A stretch of DNA of 64,000 nucleotides, taken from an uncultured virus (IMG/VR IMGVR_UViG_3300003618_000228). Taxonomy: Duplodnaviria > Heunggongvirae > Uroviricota > Caudoviricetes. A program made the position numbers and the translations under genes. Shown here piece by piece: positions 45,231 through 54,946 of this stretch; the stretch's first letter is position 1; every line of letters begins with the position of its first letter. Location of the stretch: IMG/VR virus record IMGVR_UViG_3300003618_000228. The stretch is one strand, 5' to 3'. The notes beneath the pieces were generated by a model. That model saw only the letters and a list, made by a program, of their open reading frames with translations, searched no databases and was not told the DNA's origin.

Positions 45231-48200
45231 CTATCTGTCGATATCTGTAAAGTATCCGATTTGTTTCCAAGTGCGGGTAATATTACCATATTTACCATGC
45301 GTGTTTTGATTTTCTTTACTTGCTGAATTGCCGATATCAAATGCCGCTTTGCGATCAGCCGCCGCCTGGGATGAAATAATTTCTAATCTTTTTTGTTGCA
45401 TTAATGAATCATTGGCTCGTACTAATCCTTGATCAACGGCATTATAATTACTAGTGTTGGGATGTATTTCGGACCCAACCAATCCCAGTCCTTTCTTGCT
45501 AGATAATAAAATACGGCCAGCACCGTCTTGTATTACAACACCACTCGTAGTTACATTTGTTGCGACTGTTCTACCTTCCGCCGCCCTCCAAGCTGCTCCT
45601 TGTTGTGCTAATCTTTCTTGGCGAGAGGCAGCTACTGGTGATTTTTCATTTAAAACTGGAGTCATTGTATCACTCATTCTAATACTAAAATTATCATGTG
45701 GATTAGCTCTGCCAGCAAATGTAGTAGTATCCACAGAGGTAGTAGCAATATTTTCTATACCAGCTCTCCTTGCTTCGGCTGCTCTAAACGCCACAGCATT
45801 TTTTGGATTATTATTTTGTATTGCATTTGTATTTGCATCCATAAAAGTATCCTGTGCTCGAGATTCAACTGAGCCTCTACCACCTGAAAATGCATCAAAA
45901 TTATCTACACCATCTACCGAACTGTTGTTTGCTTGCTCGTTTACTAAGGCATTTTTCTGATCAGGCAGGCTTGAAAAATCGTCAACAGGAGGCGTACCAA
46001 AAGCTGGTGCATTACCACTTGTTTCAATATCCATGCCTGACTTAATTCTGTTGTTTAACCAAGAAAAATCGTCTACTTCGGCATTGGACTTTAGGTCGTT
46101 TGGATCTTTATAACTTAATGGATTTGTTGCTTCACGAAATTGATTATATTCTCGCGTCATATCCAAAGATTGCAAAAACTCACCATTATTAAAAGTATTC
46201 TTAACGGTCCAAACCCTGTAATAGCCACCTAATGTACTATTTTTAAATCTCTTATCACCTATATTAAAATCTGTTATGCCTGTTGCTTCATTTATATCTT
46301 CAGGTGTTCTATATACAAGGTATACATGACAGTCTGCTTGGTCACATAATACTGCACCACTAGCAGGATCTACGGCCAGTTTTTTATTATTAGTGCAAAC
46401 TTTATTCTTTGTTGTCATAGCAAGTATACCATCTTGCTGTAAATAAGCTGGATCGCCTATAATGTTTAATGTGGCACTCATCATATCAGAACCAACTTGC
46501 CTGTATAAGTTTTCCATTAAAGTGCCAGCAGCTTGTTGTACTCCTGTTGCGTTATTTGACTTTTTAAATTTGGCCTTCGCATCAGGATTTTGACCACCAC
46601 CACTTGTCATATCATAACCTGCTTCTTGAGTTCCAGCTGGTGGCACGATTGCAACAGATGTTGAGTCACTATCTCCGCTTTTATCGCTTGTACCCAGTCC
46701 CATCATTGCCATAAGGAATGAATTTTCAAATTTAATTTGTAAATCAAGAATATCAAGATTTTGTCCCATATATTGATATTGATAGTTACGTGCAACTGGT
46801 GGCATATCACCATCACCAGGTTTTGCCGTAGCATCAGTAGCCACTGGGTCAGTTATTAAAAAAGGATCTATTTGTATAATAGTTGTAGAGGAATATGCGT
46901 TTCGTATATTATCATATTCATTTAATTTTTTAGCATATGTTATTTTCCACCACTTTAATCCTGCGCTTGGATTTTTTAATACTCCCTTTTTACGTAAATC
47001 TTTAACAGCAGATGCTTCCATTGCAGCTATTGGATCATTTAATTGATCAGTAATGTAAGTACTGTCACGTAATAATTGCTCAAGTAATGACAAATATGAT
47101 TGTCCGTTGTCGGCAATCACCCATCTTTCTTCACCATCAGTGCCAGTTCCAGTAAATCGGACATTTGTTTTGTGTTTATAAACTTTATCTGCTTCTTTTA
47201 TCTTTACGCTTGCATGAGGCCCTGGTCGGCGCGTTGCACCTGTGTGTATCATTGTTTGCTTGGCTACTTGTGGGGGTATAAATCCCTTTGCAATTTCAGG
47301 TGCGATAGAAAATTCTATTCTATCAGCAAATTCTTGTTTTGCCGGGGCGATCACTTTCGGTTCACCAGTCCCAGAAGTTCCTCTTCCCGCAAAACTCCCT
47401 GTTGCGGCTTTTGAATTATCTAGGGTTAGTGCGTCCTGTTCTTTGCTAAATGATTCTTTAATTTGGGTACAAAATTCCTCTATATTTTTTCCTGTTAATG
47501 TTTTCATATGCATTGCATTTGTTATGGGATTTTTCTTAACTACTGCCGATGCTAAAAAATCTAATGCATAATTAGTACCACTCGCTGTTAAGTCAAAAGT
47601 CATACCAACTAATCTAACTGGAAGCCATCTTGTTGCTGGTTTAATTTTTGTGGGGTTGCCTGCCTCATCATATCCAGTAAACTCAATTTGAATTAATAAA
47701 GGTTTCTCTGTCCAATTTGGACCGTCTTCAGTTAATACTGATTCCATTCGTTCTAATAACGTAGTACCAAGTGGTTCAACCACTTCCATAGAACATTCAA
47801 ATACGTTAGTAGCTCTAGTATTACCACTCATACCCATCATTGCTGTAGTTTGAAATGCCGCAATATAAAAATCTACATTAAATGCATTGTGCCGTCTTTC
47901 TGTTTGCACACCGCCACTAGCAAATAATACTTTAGTATTATTTGGCACCCAACCGTGCATCATTTGCCATGAACCGTTTTCCACCATTATATTATATTCT
48001 CGATTCGAATTAAATGACAGCACTGATATGTTATAAGTGTAATTGGCGTAATTGTGTAAAATATTATCAGGTGCTTCTGGTCCTTTTTTATTTTTTACTA
48101 TAGTTTGCACACCAGAAATACTTTCTACACTATCAGAGGCACTTTTAGTTGCGCTTGTTGGTCCCCCTCGTCCAGAATGAACTGGTGACGTAGAACTAGT

Positions 48201-48293
48201 TGTGCCCGCGGTTGTTGAAGTAGATGAACTTGGTGTTGTAGTACTTGATGTGGCGGATGTGGTATCTTTCTCACTGATCCTTATCAGGCCCAT
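45231..48293 (-). CDS. Putative baseplate hub protein (gp27/gpD-like) with low-complexity termini
   Basis: NILHNYANYTYNISV...VVEPLGTTLLE...LNIIGDPAYL...GYYRVWTVKNTFNNGEFLQSL; position between the gp53-like and gp5-like genes. Confidence 0.6.
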   Translation of the reverse strand: MGLIRISEKDTTSATSSTTTPSSSTSTTAGTTSSTSPVHSGRGGPTSATKSASDSVESISGVQTIVKNKKGPEAPDNILHNYANYTYNISVLSFNSNREYNIMVENGSWQMMHGWVPNNTKVLFASGGVQTERRHNAFNVDFYIAAFQTTAMMGMSGNTRATNVFECSMEVVEPLGTTLLERMESVLTEDGPNWTEKPLLIQIEFTGYDEAGNPTKIKPATRWLPVRLVGMTFDLTASGTNYALDFLASAVVKKNPITNAMHMKTLTGKNIEEFCTQIKESFSKEQDALTLDNSKAATGSFAGRGTSGTGEPKVIAPAKQEFADRIEFSIAPEIAKGFIPPQVAKQTMIHTGATRRPGPHASVKIKEADKVYKHKTNVRFTGTGTDGEERWVIADNGQSYLSLLEQLLRDSTYITDQLNDPIAAMEASAVKDLRKKGVLKNPSAGLKWWKITYAKKLNEYDNIRNAYSSTTIIQIDPFLITDPVATDATAKPGDGDMPPVARNYQYQYMGQNLDILDLQIKFENSFLMAMMGLGTSDKSGDSDSTSVAIVPPAGTQEAGYDMTSGGGQNPDAKAKFKKSNNATGVQQAAGTLMENLYRQVGSDMMSATLNIIGDPAYLQQDGILAMTTKNKVCTNNKKLAVDPASGAVLCDQADCHVYLVYRTPEDINEATGITDFNIGDKRFKNSTLGGYYRVWTVKNTFNNGEFLQSLDMTREYNQFREATNPLSYKDPNDLKSNAEVDDFSWLNNRIKSGMDIETSGNAPAFGTPPVDDFSSLPDQKNALVNEQANNSSVDGVDNFDAFSGGRGSVESRAQDTFMDANTNAIQNNNPKNAVAFRAAEARRAGIENIATTSVDTTTFAGRANPHDNFSIRMSDTMTPVLNEKSPVAASRQERLAQQGAAWRAAEGRTVATNVTTSGVVIQDGAGRILLSSKKGLGLVGSEIHPNTSNYNAVDQGLVRANDSLMQQKRLEIISSQAAADRKAAFDIGNSASKENQNTHGKYGNITRTWKQIGYFTDIDR

Positions 48294-48294
48294 A

Positions 48295-48597
48295 TTAAAT
48301 CTCCAAAGAATTTGTTAAGGTTGCTTGTTGTGGGAGATATATAGTTACGCCTGTTATAAAATCAAATACAGGATCTTTTAATACATCTGGATTACGCACA
48401 GCAAAAACCCACCATAAACCTGATTTACCATATAAATCATATGCTAATAAATCTGGTCTATTATTATACACAGGATCTATTTCATATATTAAGTCATCTT
48501 GCTCGGCATTAAAAGATCGCTTAGCCATTAATCCTAATTTATTGTTATTTCTAGGAGTAGTATAATATGGACTTGTTGAAGAATATTCACCAGCCAT
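48295..48597 (-). CDS. Baseplate wedge protein (gp53-like)
   Basis: RPDLLAYDLYG.SGLWWVFA.RN...DP motif. Confidence 0.75.
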   Translation of the reverse strand: MAGEYSSTSPYYTTPRNNNKLGLMAKRSFNAEQDDLIYEIDPVYNNRPDLLAYDLYGKSGLWWVFAVRNPDVLKDPVFDFITGVTIYLPQQATLTNSLEI

Positions 48598-49319
48598 TAA
48601 ATAAAGCCTCCTTGACTATCACTACCCAATAAAGAACCATCAGCAAAGTTTTTAAGACCAAATCGTTTTGCTGTAGCAGCTCTCGAGTATGCTGGTTTCA
48701 AGTTACAAGTAAGTGTAGTACTTGCTGGAACCATCGTTTTCCCATCACTTGTTGCTATATAATCAACAGTATTTGCCATATCTATTGTGAAGTTAGTAAC
48801 AACTACAGGAACATTTTTAAAAATATGATCACCATATGCATTTAACCTTAACACTGGTGGTGGCGTTCCTGCTTTTGGATCTTGTCCAAAATACATTTTA
48901 GTAACTGTTCTCATAAAATGCAATGCGGCTCGAAACATATCTGCTTCTACTTTGCTATTTGCTGTAAATGGACAAGTTATTTGTATTTCACCAATATTAT
49001 GGCTTTCAAAAGCTGGATGATCATAATTAGAATGTGTTAATCCTGTTGAGCCATAACTTGCAGTTTGTTGTATGAAAATTATAGGAGTATATGGAAATAT
49101 AATACCACCTGCATCTTGAAACTTTGTTGGAAACACAGGTCCTGTTATTAAGTCGGCTGCTCCAGAACCTACAGTGAGTTTTGTTCGCCAATCTCTTTGT
49201 TGTGTTGACGGAAATAAACTAACGGTTGGTGATGTTTGACTTCCAAAAAGAGAAGCACCAAACGGTATGTGTTTTGCAATCAAGTTTCCTAGTCTTGGTG
49301 ATAGTCCACGTATAGCCAT
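48597..49319 (-). CDS. Baseplate/tail-tube initiator-like protein (gp48/gp54-like)
   Basis: IIFPYTP...HSNY...GTPPPVLRLNAYG..FKNVPVVVTNF...VDY. Confidence 0.6.
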   Translation of the reverse strand: MAIRGLSPRLGNLIAKHIPFGASLFGSQTSPTVSLFPSTQQRDWRTKLTVGSGAADLITGPVFPTKFQDAGGIIFPYTPIIFIQQTASYGSTGLTHSNYDHPAFESHNIGEIQITCPFTANSKVEADMFRAALHFMRTVTKMYFGQDPKAGTPPPVLRLNAYGDHIFKNVPVVVTNFTIDMANTVDYIATSDGKTMVPASTTLTCNLKPAYSRAATAKRFGLKNFADGSLLGSDSQGGFI

Positions 49320-49349
49320 ATTTTTTTCCTAATTTATAACATTATTTAT

Positions 49350-49390
49350 TTGACTTTTTAATATGCATGTATTATAATATAGTATAAATA
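49350..49390 (+). promoter_or_regulatory. Sigma70 promoter plus T4 late promoter in the divergent intergenic region
   Basis: TTGACT (49350-55), 17 nt, TATAAT (49373-78), then TATAAATA (49383-90) before the gp55-like gene. Confidence 0.75.
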
Positions 49391-49408
49391 TGATGGAGCA
49401 AAACATTA

Positions 49409-50248
49409 ATGATATACTTACGAAACAAAGATATATTAGAAGAAATACACAAATCAAAAATCAGTTATAGTAGTTATCTAACCTCAATCGACAAAGATTA
49501 TGATCTAATTCTTCCTAATATAGAAAAAATAAACATACGTTCTGTTGCACAAGCTAAACGAAATCGTGCCGCAAAAATAGCAAAAGAAAATCATGCTATT
49601 GCTACGGCGGAAAACACAAATAAAAAGAAAAAACCTAGACTAATAGATTATCAATTTAATTGGAAAAAAGTACTAAAAGAAGATCTTGTATTTAGAATAT
49701 CATCTTTTGAACACATACCACTACAACATGGACGGGTTAAAACACCCAAATCTGTTGCAGATCATTATGAAAAATTACCTTTCCCGCCTTACCAGCACTT
49801 TCGTTTCGATGGCAATACTAAGGAAAGTGAATTAACGTGTGTTGGTAAAAGTCATTGGAAAGGTGACTTAGAAACAGGAGAATTTTGTAAAGATCATGGG
49901 GATATGACCGATACATTAGCACGAATGTTTATTAAACTATGTGATAGATACGGAACACGATCTAATTGGCGTGGTTATACATACAATGATGAGATGCGTG
50001 GTCAAGCAATATTACAACTAGTTCAAGTAGGATTATTGTTTGATGAAAGCAAAAGTCAAAATCCATTTGCTTATTATACAGCAATAATTACTAATTCCTT
50101 TACTAAAATTTTAAACACAGAGAAGAAAAATCAAAACATTCGTGATGATATTCTAGAAATGAATAACATGGCACCAAGTTATACGCGGCAAAATCAAAAC
50201 TCACCCGCTCGCACAGTACCAGTACCAAGTAAACCAGTTACTACTTGA
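49409..50248 (+). CDS. gp55: Late-transcription sigma factor (T4 gp55-like)
   Basis: YLRNKDILEEI...NWRGYTYNDEM...FDESKSQNPFAYYT.IITNSF..ILNTEKK matches gp55 conserved blocks. Adjacent to gp47/gp46. Confidence 0.8.
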   Translation: MIYLRNKDILEEIHKSKISYSSYLTSIDKDYDLILPNIEKINIRSVAQAKRNRAAKIAKENHAIATAENTNKKKKPRLIDYQFNWKKVLKEDLVFRISSFEHIPLQHGRVKTPKSVADHYEKLPFPPYQHFRFDGNTKESELTCVGKSHWKGDLETGEFCKDHGDMTDTLARMFIKLCDRYGTRSNWRGYTYNDEMRGQAILQLVQVGLLFDESKSQNPFAYYTAIITNSFTKILNTEKKNQNIRDDILEMNNMAPSYTRQNQNSPARTVPVPSKPVTT

Positions 50249-50273
50249 CAATTTACTTTAAGTGCGTTATAAT
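50245..50273 (+). promoter_or_regulatory. Consensus sigma70-type promoter for gp47-gp46
   Basis: TTGACA (50245-50), 17 nt, TATAAT (50268-73). The ATG is only 7 nt downstream, suggesting a leaderless mRNA. Confidence 0.8.
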
Positions 50274-50280
50274 AATATAG

Positions 50281-51306
50281 ATGAGTACAGATAATTTATT
50301 CAATAAAATAGCAGTATGTACAGACATTCATTTTGGTAATAAAAGCAACTCTTTAACACACAATAAAGATTGCGAAGATTTTGTAGATTGGTTCATAGCA
50401 ACCGCACAAGAAAACAATTGCGAAACTGCCATATTTTTGGGAGACTGGCACCATCATAGGGCCAGCATTAATGTCAGCACACTGAACTATAGCCTGCGTA
50501 GTTTGGAAAAACTAGGCACTTCGTTTGATAATTTTTATTTTATCACTGGCAATCACGACCTATATTATAGAGATAGGCGTGATCTCAATAGTGTAGAGTT
50601 TGCTAGTAGATTTAAAGGTATTACAATAGTAAATGAACCGTTTAATGCGGGAAATTGTGCTATTGTGCCTTGGCTTGTGGGTGATGATTACAAAAAACTA
50701 AAAAAAGTAAAAGCAAAATATATCTTTGGACATTTTGAATTACCACATTTCTATATGAATGCAATGATACAAATGCCCGAAACTAATGAATTACATGCTG
50801 AAGATATGCATAAAGCAGATTATGTTTTTAGCGGCCACTTTCATAAAAGACAACAACGCAAGAATGTTGTATATGTAGGCAATTGTTTCCCACACAACTA
50901 CAGTGATGCTTGGGATGATGATCGTGGGATGATGATGTTGGAGTGGGATGGTGAGCCAGAGTTTGTTGCGTGGCCTGATGCACCATCATATAAAACATTA
51001 AAATTATCGCAGTTATTGGATGATCCTAGTAGCTATCTAACTGATAAAACTTATGCTCGAGTTGTTATGGATATCGACATTTCTTATGAAGAGGCAAACT
51101 ATGTTAAGGAAACATTTGCTGAACAATTTAAAATGCGTGAGTTAAGTTTATTACCAGATAAAGAGAAACTAGATTTAGATATATTAAATGAAGATATAGA
51201 GTTAAATTTTGACAGCATTGACTCTATAGTTATAGACCAACTTTCTAATATTGAGAGTGAACATTACGATCCACAAATGCTACTAGACATATATAGGAGC
51301 ATTTAA
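50281..51306 (+). CDS. gp47: Recombination endonuclease subunit (gp47 / Mre11 / SbcD-like)
   Basis: TDIHFG, FLGDWHH, TGNHD, FGHFE and FSGHFH metallophosphoesterase motifs. Confidence 0.93.
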   Translation: MSTDNLFNKIAVCTDIHFGNKSNSLTHNKDCEDFVDWFIATAQENNCETAIFLGDWHHHRASINVSTLNYSLRSLEKLGTSFDNFYFITGNHDLYYRDRRDLNSVEFASRFKGITIVNEPFNAGNCAIVPWLVGDDYKKLKKVKAKYIFGHFELPHFYMNAMIQMPETNELHAEDMHKADYVFSGHFHKRQQRKNVVYVGNCFPHNYSDAWDDDRGMMMLEWDGEPEFVAWPDAPSYKTLKLSQLLDDPSSYLTDKTYARVVMDIDISYEEANYVKETFAEQFKMRELSLLPDKEKLDLDILNEDIELNFDSIDSIVIDQLSNIESEHYDPQMLLDIYRSI

Positions 51307-53063
51307 TGCTCGTCCTAAAGAATTTAACAGTTAAGAATTTTATGAGCGTGGGTAATCAAACCCAAGCAGTAAATCTAAACAGACAAGATCTCACATTAGT
51401 ATTGGGTGAGAATTTGGACTTGGGTGGTGATGATGCAGGTGCTCGTAATGGCACTGGAAAAACTACTATTGTTAATGCATTGAGTTATGTGTTGTATGGT
51501 TCAGCATTAACTAATATTAAAAAAGATAACCTCATAAACAAAACTAATGGTAAAAACATGTTAGTTACTGTTGAGTATGAGAAGGATGGTCAAGACTATC
51601 GTATAGAGCGTGGGAGACGGCCCGCTACATTAAAATATTTTAAGCAAGATGAAGAAAGTTCAGCACAAGGTGAAAATAGGCAAACACAAGAAGAAATAGA
51701 ACGAGATATAGGGTTGGGACATACTATATTCAAACATATAGTAGCACTTAATACATACACTGAACCATTTTTAGCGATGCGTGTTGCAGATCAACGCGAA
51801 GTAATTGAAGAACTATTGGGTATAACTTTGTTGAGCGAGAAGGCAGAAAGTTTAAGAGAAGTAGTTAAAGTAACCAAAGATAAAATAACTGAAGAAGAAT
51901 ACGCAATAAAAGGCATAATAAAAGCAAATGAAAGTATAGAGACAACAATAAACAGTTTAAGATTAAAACAAAAAGTATGGGAAGAATCAAAAAATATAGA
52001 AATAGATAAACTAAACAATGCTATTGATAAATTAGTAGCGGTGAATATAGAGGATGAATTAGCATTACATACTAAAAAAGCAAATGTTGAAAAAATAGAA
52101 TCTAAATTACGTAGTTATGAACGTGAGCGTAAAACATCAGAGAGTTCATTAAAAAAGTATGAGAGAGAACTTAAAAATTATAATACTAATTTAGCGTCAG
52201 CGGAAGAGAAAAAATGTCATGCTTGTGGACAACCATTACATGATGAATTACATCAAGAAATGCTTTTAGATATTAACACTGAAATAAATGAACATAAAAG
52301 CACAATAAAAAAGGAAAAGAAAAAATTAAAATCTATAACTAAAAAGATAGACGAAATAGACAATACAGATCTTGGAATAGAAACTTTTTATGAAACTATA
52401 GCAGATGCTTATAAACATGATTCAAGTTTAGAGTATTTAAAAAAGGAATTAGCAGATAAAATAAAGTCAACTGATCCATTTAATAGCCAAATTGAAGATT
52501 TACAAGATTCAGTATTACAAGAAGTAAATTATGATAAATTAAATAAGATAGTAAGATTACAAGAACACCAAGAGTTTTTATTGCGTTTGCTTGTTAATAA
52601 AGATTCATTTATACGCAAGCGTATTATAGACCAAAATTTGGCATTCTTGAATAAACGTTTAAGTTATTATTTAGATAGAATAGGATTACCACATACTGTG
52701 GAGTTCCAAAATGATTTAAGTGTTGAGATAATGGAATATGGACGAGACTTAGACTTTGATAATTTAAGCAGGGGCGAACGCAACAGACTTATATTAAGTT
52801 TAAGTTGGGCATTTAGAGATGTTTGGGAACATTTATATAGTAATATAAATTTATTAATTATAGATGAATTAGTAGATAGTGGGATGGATACACTAGGATT
52901 AGAAGGTGCGATAAGCATACTTAAAAAAGTTTCTAGAGATAGACAGAAAAGTGTGTTCTTAATATCCCATAAAGATGAACTGGCGGGGCGTGTTCATAGC
53001 GTTTTGACAGTTACAAAAGAGAACGGATTCACAAATTACAGTGATGACGTGGAGATAATGTAA
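51306..53063 (+). CDS. gp46: Recombination ATPase subunit (gp46 / Rad50 / SbcC-like)
   Basis: KNFMSVG, Walker A NGTGKT, coiled coil with CHAC zinc hook, LSRGE signature, LLIIDE Walker B and ISH. Confidence 0.95.
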   Translation: MLVLKNLTVKNFMSVGNQTQAVNLNRQDLTLVLGENLDLGGDDAGARNGTGKTTIVNALSYVLYGSALTNIKKDNLINKTNGKNMLVTVEYEKDGQDYRIERGRRPATLKYFKQDEESSAQGENRQTQEEIERDIGLGHTIFKHIVALNTYTEPFLAMRVADQREVIEELLGITLLSEKAESLREVVKVTKDKITEEEYAIKGIIKANESIETTINSLRLKQKVWEESKNIEIDKLNNAIDKLVAVNIEDELALHTKKANVEKIESKLRSYERERKTSESSLKKYERELKNYNTNLASAEEKKCHACGQPLHDELHQEMLLDINTEINEHKSTIKKEKKKLKSITKKIDEIDNTDLGIETFYETIADAYKHDSSLEYLKKELADKIKSTDPFNSQIEDLQDSVLQEVNYDKLNKIVRLQEHQEFLLRLLVNKDSFIRKRIIDQNLAFLNKRLSYYLDRIGLPHTVEFQNDLSVEIMEYGRDLDFDNLSRGERNRLILSLSWAFRDVWEHLYSNINLLIIDELVDSGMDTLGLEGAISILKKVSRDRQKSVFLISHKDELAGRVHSVLTVTKENGFTNYSDDVEIM

Positions 53064-53088
53064 ATACAAATACCAAAGGAGTATAGAG

Positions 53089-53268
53089 ATGTCGACAATA
53101 CATGAGCAAATTTTAGATCAAGTAGACAGTTATTTGAAAGAATCAGCAAAATTCGAAGATAAAGGTGTAAAGGCGGCCGCCGCCCGTGCTCGTAAAGCAC
53201 TAGGTGAAATAGGCAAACTATCTAAAGCACGTAGAGCAGAAATTCAAGATAAGAAAAACTCTATGTAA
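53089..53268 (+). CDS. Small histone H1-like (Hc1-family-like) protein, 59 aa (below the ORF-track cutoff)
   Basis: MSTIHEQILDQVDSYLKESAKFEDKGVKAAAARARKALGEIGKLSKARRAEIQDKKNSM*. AAGGAG SD, upstream TAAATA and a TAATG overlap with the next gene. Confidence 0.75.
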   Translation: MSTIHEQILDQVDSYLKESAKFEDKGVKAAAARARKALGEIGKLSKARRAEIQDKKNSM

Positions 53269-53855
53269 TGCCTAGTAAGCAAAAAATAAAAGGCGCCACG
53301 TGGGAACGAGATGTTGCAAAACATCTAACAGAATTATATGGTGAAACATTTATTCGAGTTCCTCATAGTGGAGCTTACATCGGCGGATCAAACAAAGTAC
53401 GTAAACAATACCTACATGAGGGAGTAATAAGAACCTTTAAAGGAGATATTATTCCAGGGCCTAGTATGCCCTATTTAAATGTAGAATGTAAAGCATATAA
53501 AGATTTCCCCTTCCATCACTTGCTTACAGGTGATGCAAAATTATTAGATGAATGGATTAATCAAGTATTAGATTCAGCAGATGAACATGACTTCAATATG
53601 TTAATAATGAAGTTTAATCGAAAAGGCAAATACGTAGCAATAGAAGACAAACATTTACATCATAGATTTAAAAGGCACATTAATTACAAAGGATGGAATT
53701 TTAGTGAATACGACCAATTCTGGAAACTAAATTCCAAAACAGTAAGATTACAATCAGCGATAAAAAAAAGGCAAATTAAATATAATATGAAATCAATAAC
53801 ACAACCCACTTTTGGCTCCCATAGGCAAGTAAAAGAAACTAACATAGCAACCTAA
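53268..53855 (+). CDS. Holliday junction resolvase-like PD-(D/E)xK nuclease (Hjc-type)
   Basis: KQKIKGATWERDVA...RVPHSGA...GDII...VECKAY. The last ~30 aa may be a spurious extension over the downstream RNA. Confidence 0.8.
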   Translation: MPSKQKIKGATWERDVAKHLTELYGETFIRVPHSGAYIGGSNKVRKQYLHEGVIRTFKGDIIPGPSMPYLNVECKAYKDFPFHHLLTGDAKLLDEWINQVLDSADEHDFNMLIMKFNRKGKYVAIEDKHLHHRFKRHINYKGWNFSEYDQFWKLNSKTVRLQSAIKKRQIKYNMKSITQPTFGSHRQVKETNIAT

Positions 53856-54170
53856 ACGCAGTTAAGAGCTGCTCGCCTCGAGCACGTAGCATAGGCACGT
53901 GAGTACAAGAATTGGCGAAGTTGCAACCCAGGCTAAGGGCGCCAAAAGATGTGGATACAAGAAAAAGAAACCACAACTATTTTAATGTTGATACTATAGC
54001 ATTAAAGTAGTCCCGCTATGACGAAAGTCAGAAGTCTGAGGTAGGGGGTACAGGGTAACCGCCTCCGTGCTAACGCAATCCTCAATAGTATATAATGAGT
54101 TAAACGATGGAAAAAGTACTCATGCTTCTCCTCACCAGGAGAAGTGTGAATAAAACTTCGGGAAAAAGAT
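53790..54170 (+). ncRNA. Putative large structured non-coding RNA of unknown family
   Basis: At least 10 helices readable by eye, including long-range pairs, a GAAA tetraloop and a 7-bp pseudoknot. GC-richer than its flanks, with TAAATA/TATAAT at 53777-86 upstream. Boundaries approximate. Confidence 0.7.
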
Positions 54171-54238
54171 AACAAATAAATATTACTAAACGTTCAAGGT
54201 TCGAATGTAATGAAGAACCAGTTGAACGTAGTTCAACT

Positions 54239-54946
54239 ATGCAATATACATACGAAACACACTTCGGAAAACAAGAAACTCGAAATGTAATAATAAATTA
54301 TGTAAGTTTACGCAACGTAGATCCACGGGAAGAATATCTAGCACTTGAAAAGGGATTTGCTTTAGATATTGTTAAAGGTAAAGAAGAATGGTTCATGTCG
54401 CGTAATACGCGAATTAAATTATCAGAAACAAATTATGATAAGTTAGATTGGCAGTTGGGGTTAGCATGGCATTCAAATATAAAAGAAATGCCTAGTATGT
54501 TTCAAAACATTTTAACAAAGTATATACATCATAATAATTTCAAAAACATTTGGACTGTTAATGAAGATCATGATCGGTACCGATATATTTTATATTATCA
54601 TAAAGGTAATATAGTGGCAATAACTAAAATGCTTCATTATCATCCACCATTTCCATTTGCTGATCATGACATATTAGAAACAAACTTTTTTATATGGAAT
54701 TATCATGAACCTGAATTACATTTAGGAACTCTGACATTGGAACATGAGATTGCTTGGGCAAAAGAATTAGGTTTAAAGTATTTGTATACTGGTCCTGGAT
54801 ATGAGCAAAGTAGCATATACAAATCCAAATTCGACGGTTTTCAATGGTTTAACGGAATGGAATGGAGCACCGACGTGGAAAAGTATACACTACTTTGTCA
54901 ACGGGATAGTAAAATACGGAGTTTTAAAGCGTATACTGAGATTTAA
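54239..54946 (+). CDS. Aminoacyl-tRNA-protein transferase-like (ATE1/Bpt C-terminal, GNAT fold) protein
   Basis: LGTLTLEHEIAWAKELGLKYLYTGPGY...IYKSKF resembles the ATE_C motif LGxxxxLxxIxxAxxxGxxYxYLGY...YKxxF. The N-terminal ALEKGF...RNTRI resembles ATE_N. Confidence 0.65.
   Translation: MQYTYETHFGKQETRNVIINYVSLRNVDPREEYLALEKGFALDIVKGKEEWFMSRNTRIKLSETNYDKLDWQLGLAWHSNIKEMPSMFQNILTKYIHHNNFKNIWTVNEDHDRYRYILYYHKGNIVAITKMLHYHPPFPFADHDILETNFFIWNYHEPELHLGTLTLEHEIAWAKELGLKYLYTGPGYEQSSIYKSKFDGFQWFNGMEWSTDVEKYTLLCQRDSKIRSFKAYTEI

Noticed and set aside
22447..47571. Many plus-strand ORFs antisense to structural genes (also 61448..62074 and 62864..63340 on the minus strand)
   Set aside because: These are shadow frames of strongly biased real genes, with no SD or motifs.
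53761..53855. C-terminal extension of the resolvase as a functional domain
   Set aside because: It follows an A8 homopolymer and overlaps the promoter and 5' helix of the putative RNA, so it is probably incidental read-through or an indel.
53790..54170. RNase P RNA, tmRNA or group I/II intron identity for the structured RNA
   Set aside because: ACAAGAAAAAGAAACC loosely recalls RNase P J11/12, but the P4 signatures are missing. There are no tRNA-like ends or tag ORF, no P7 or domain V core, and no interrupted host gene.
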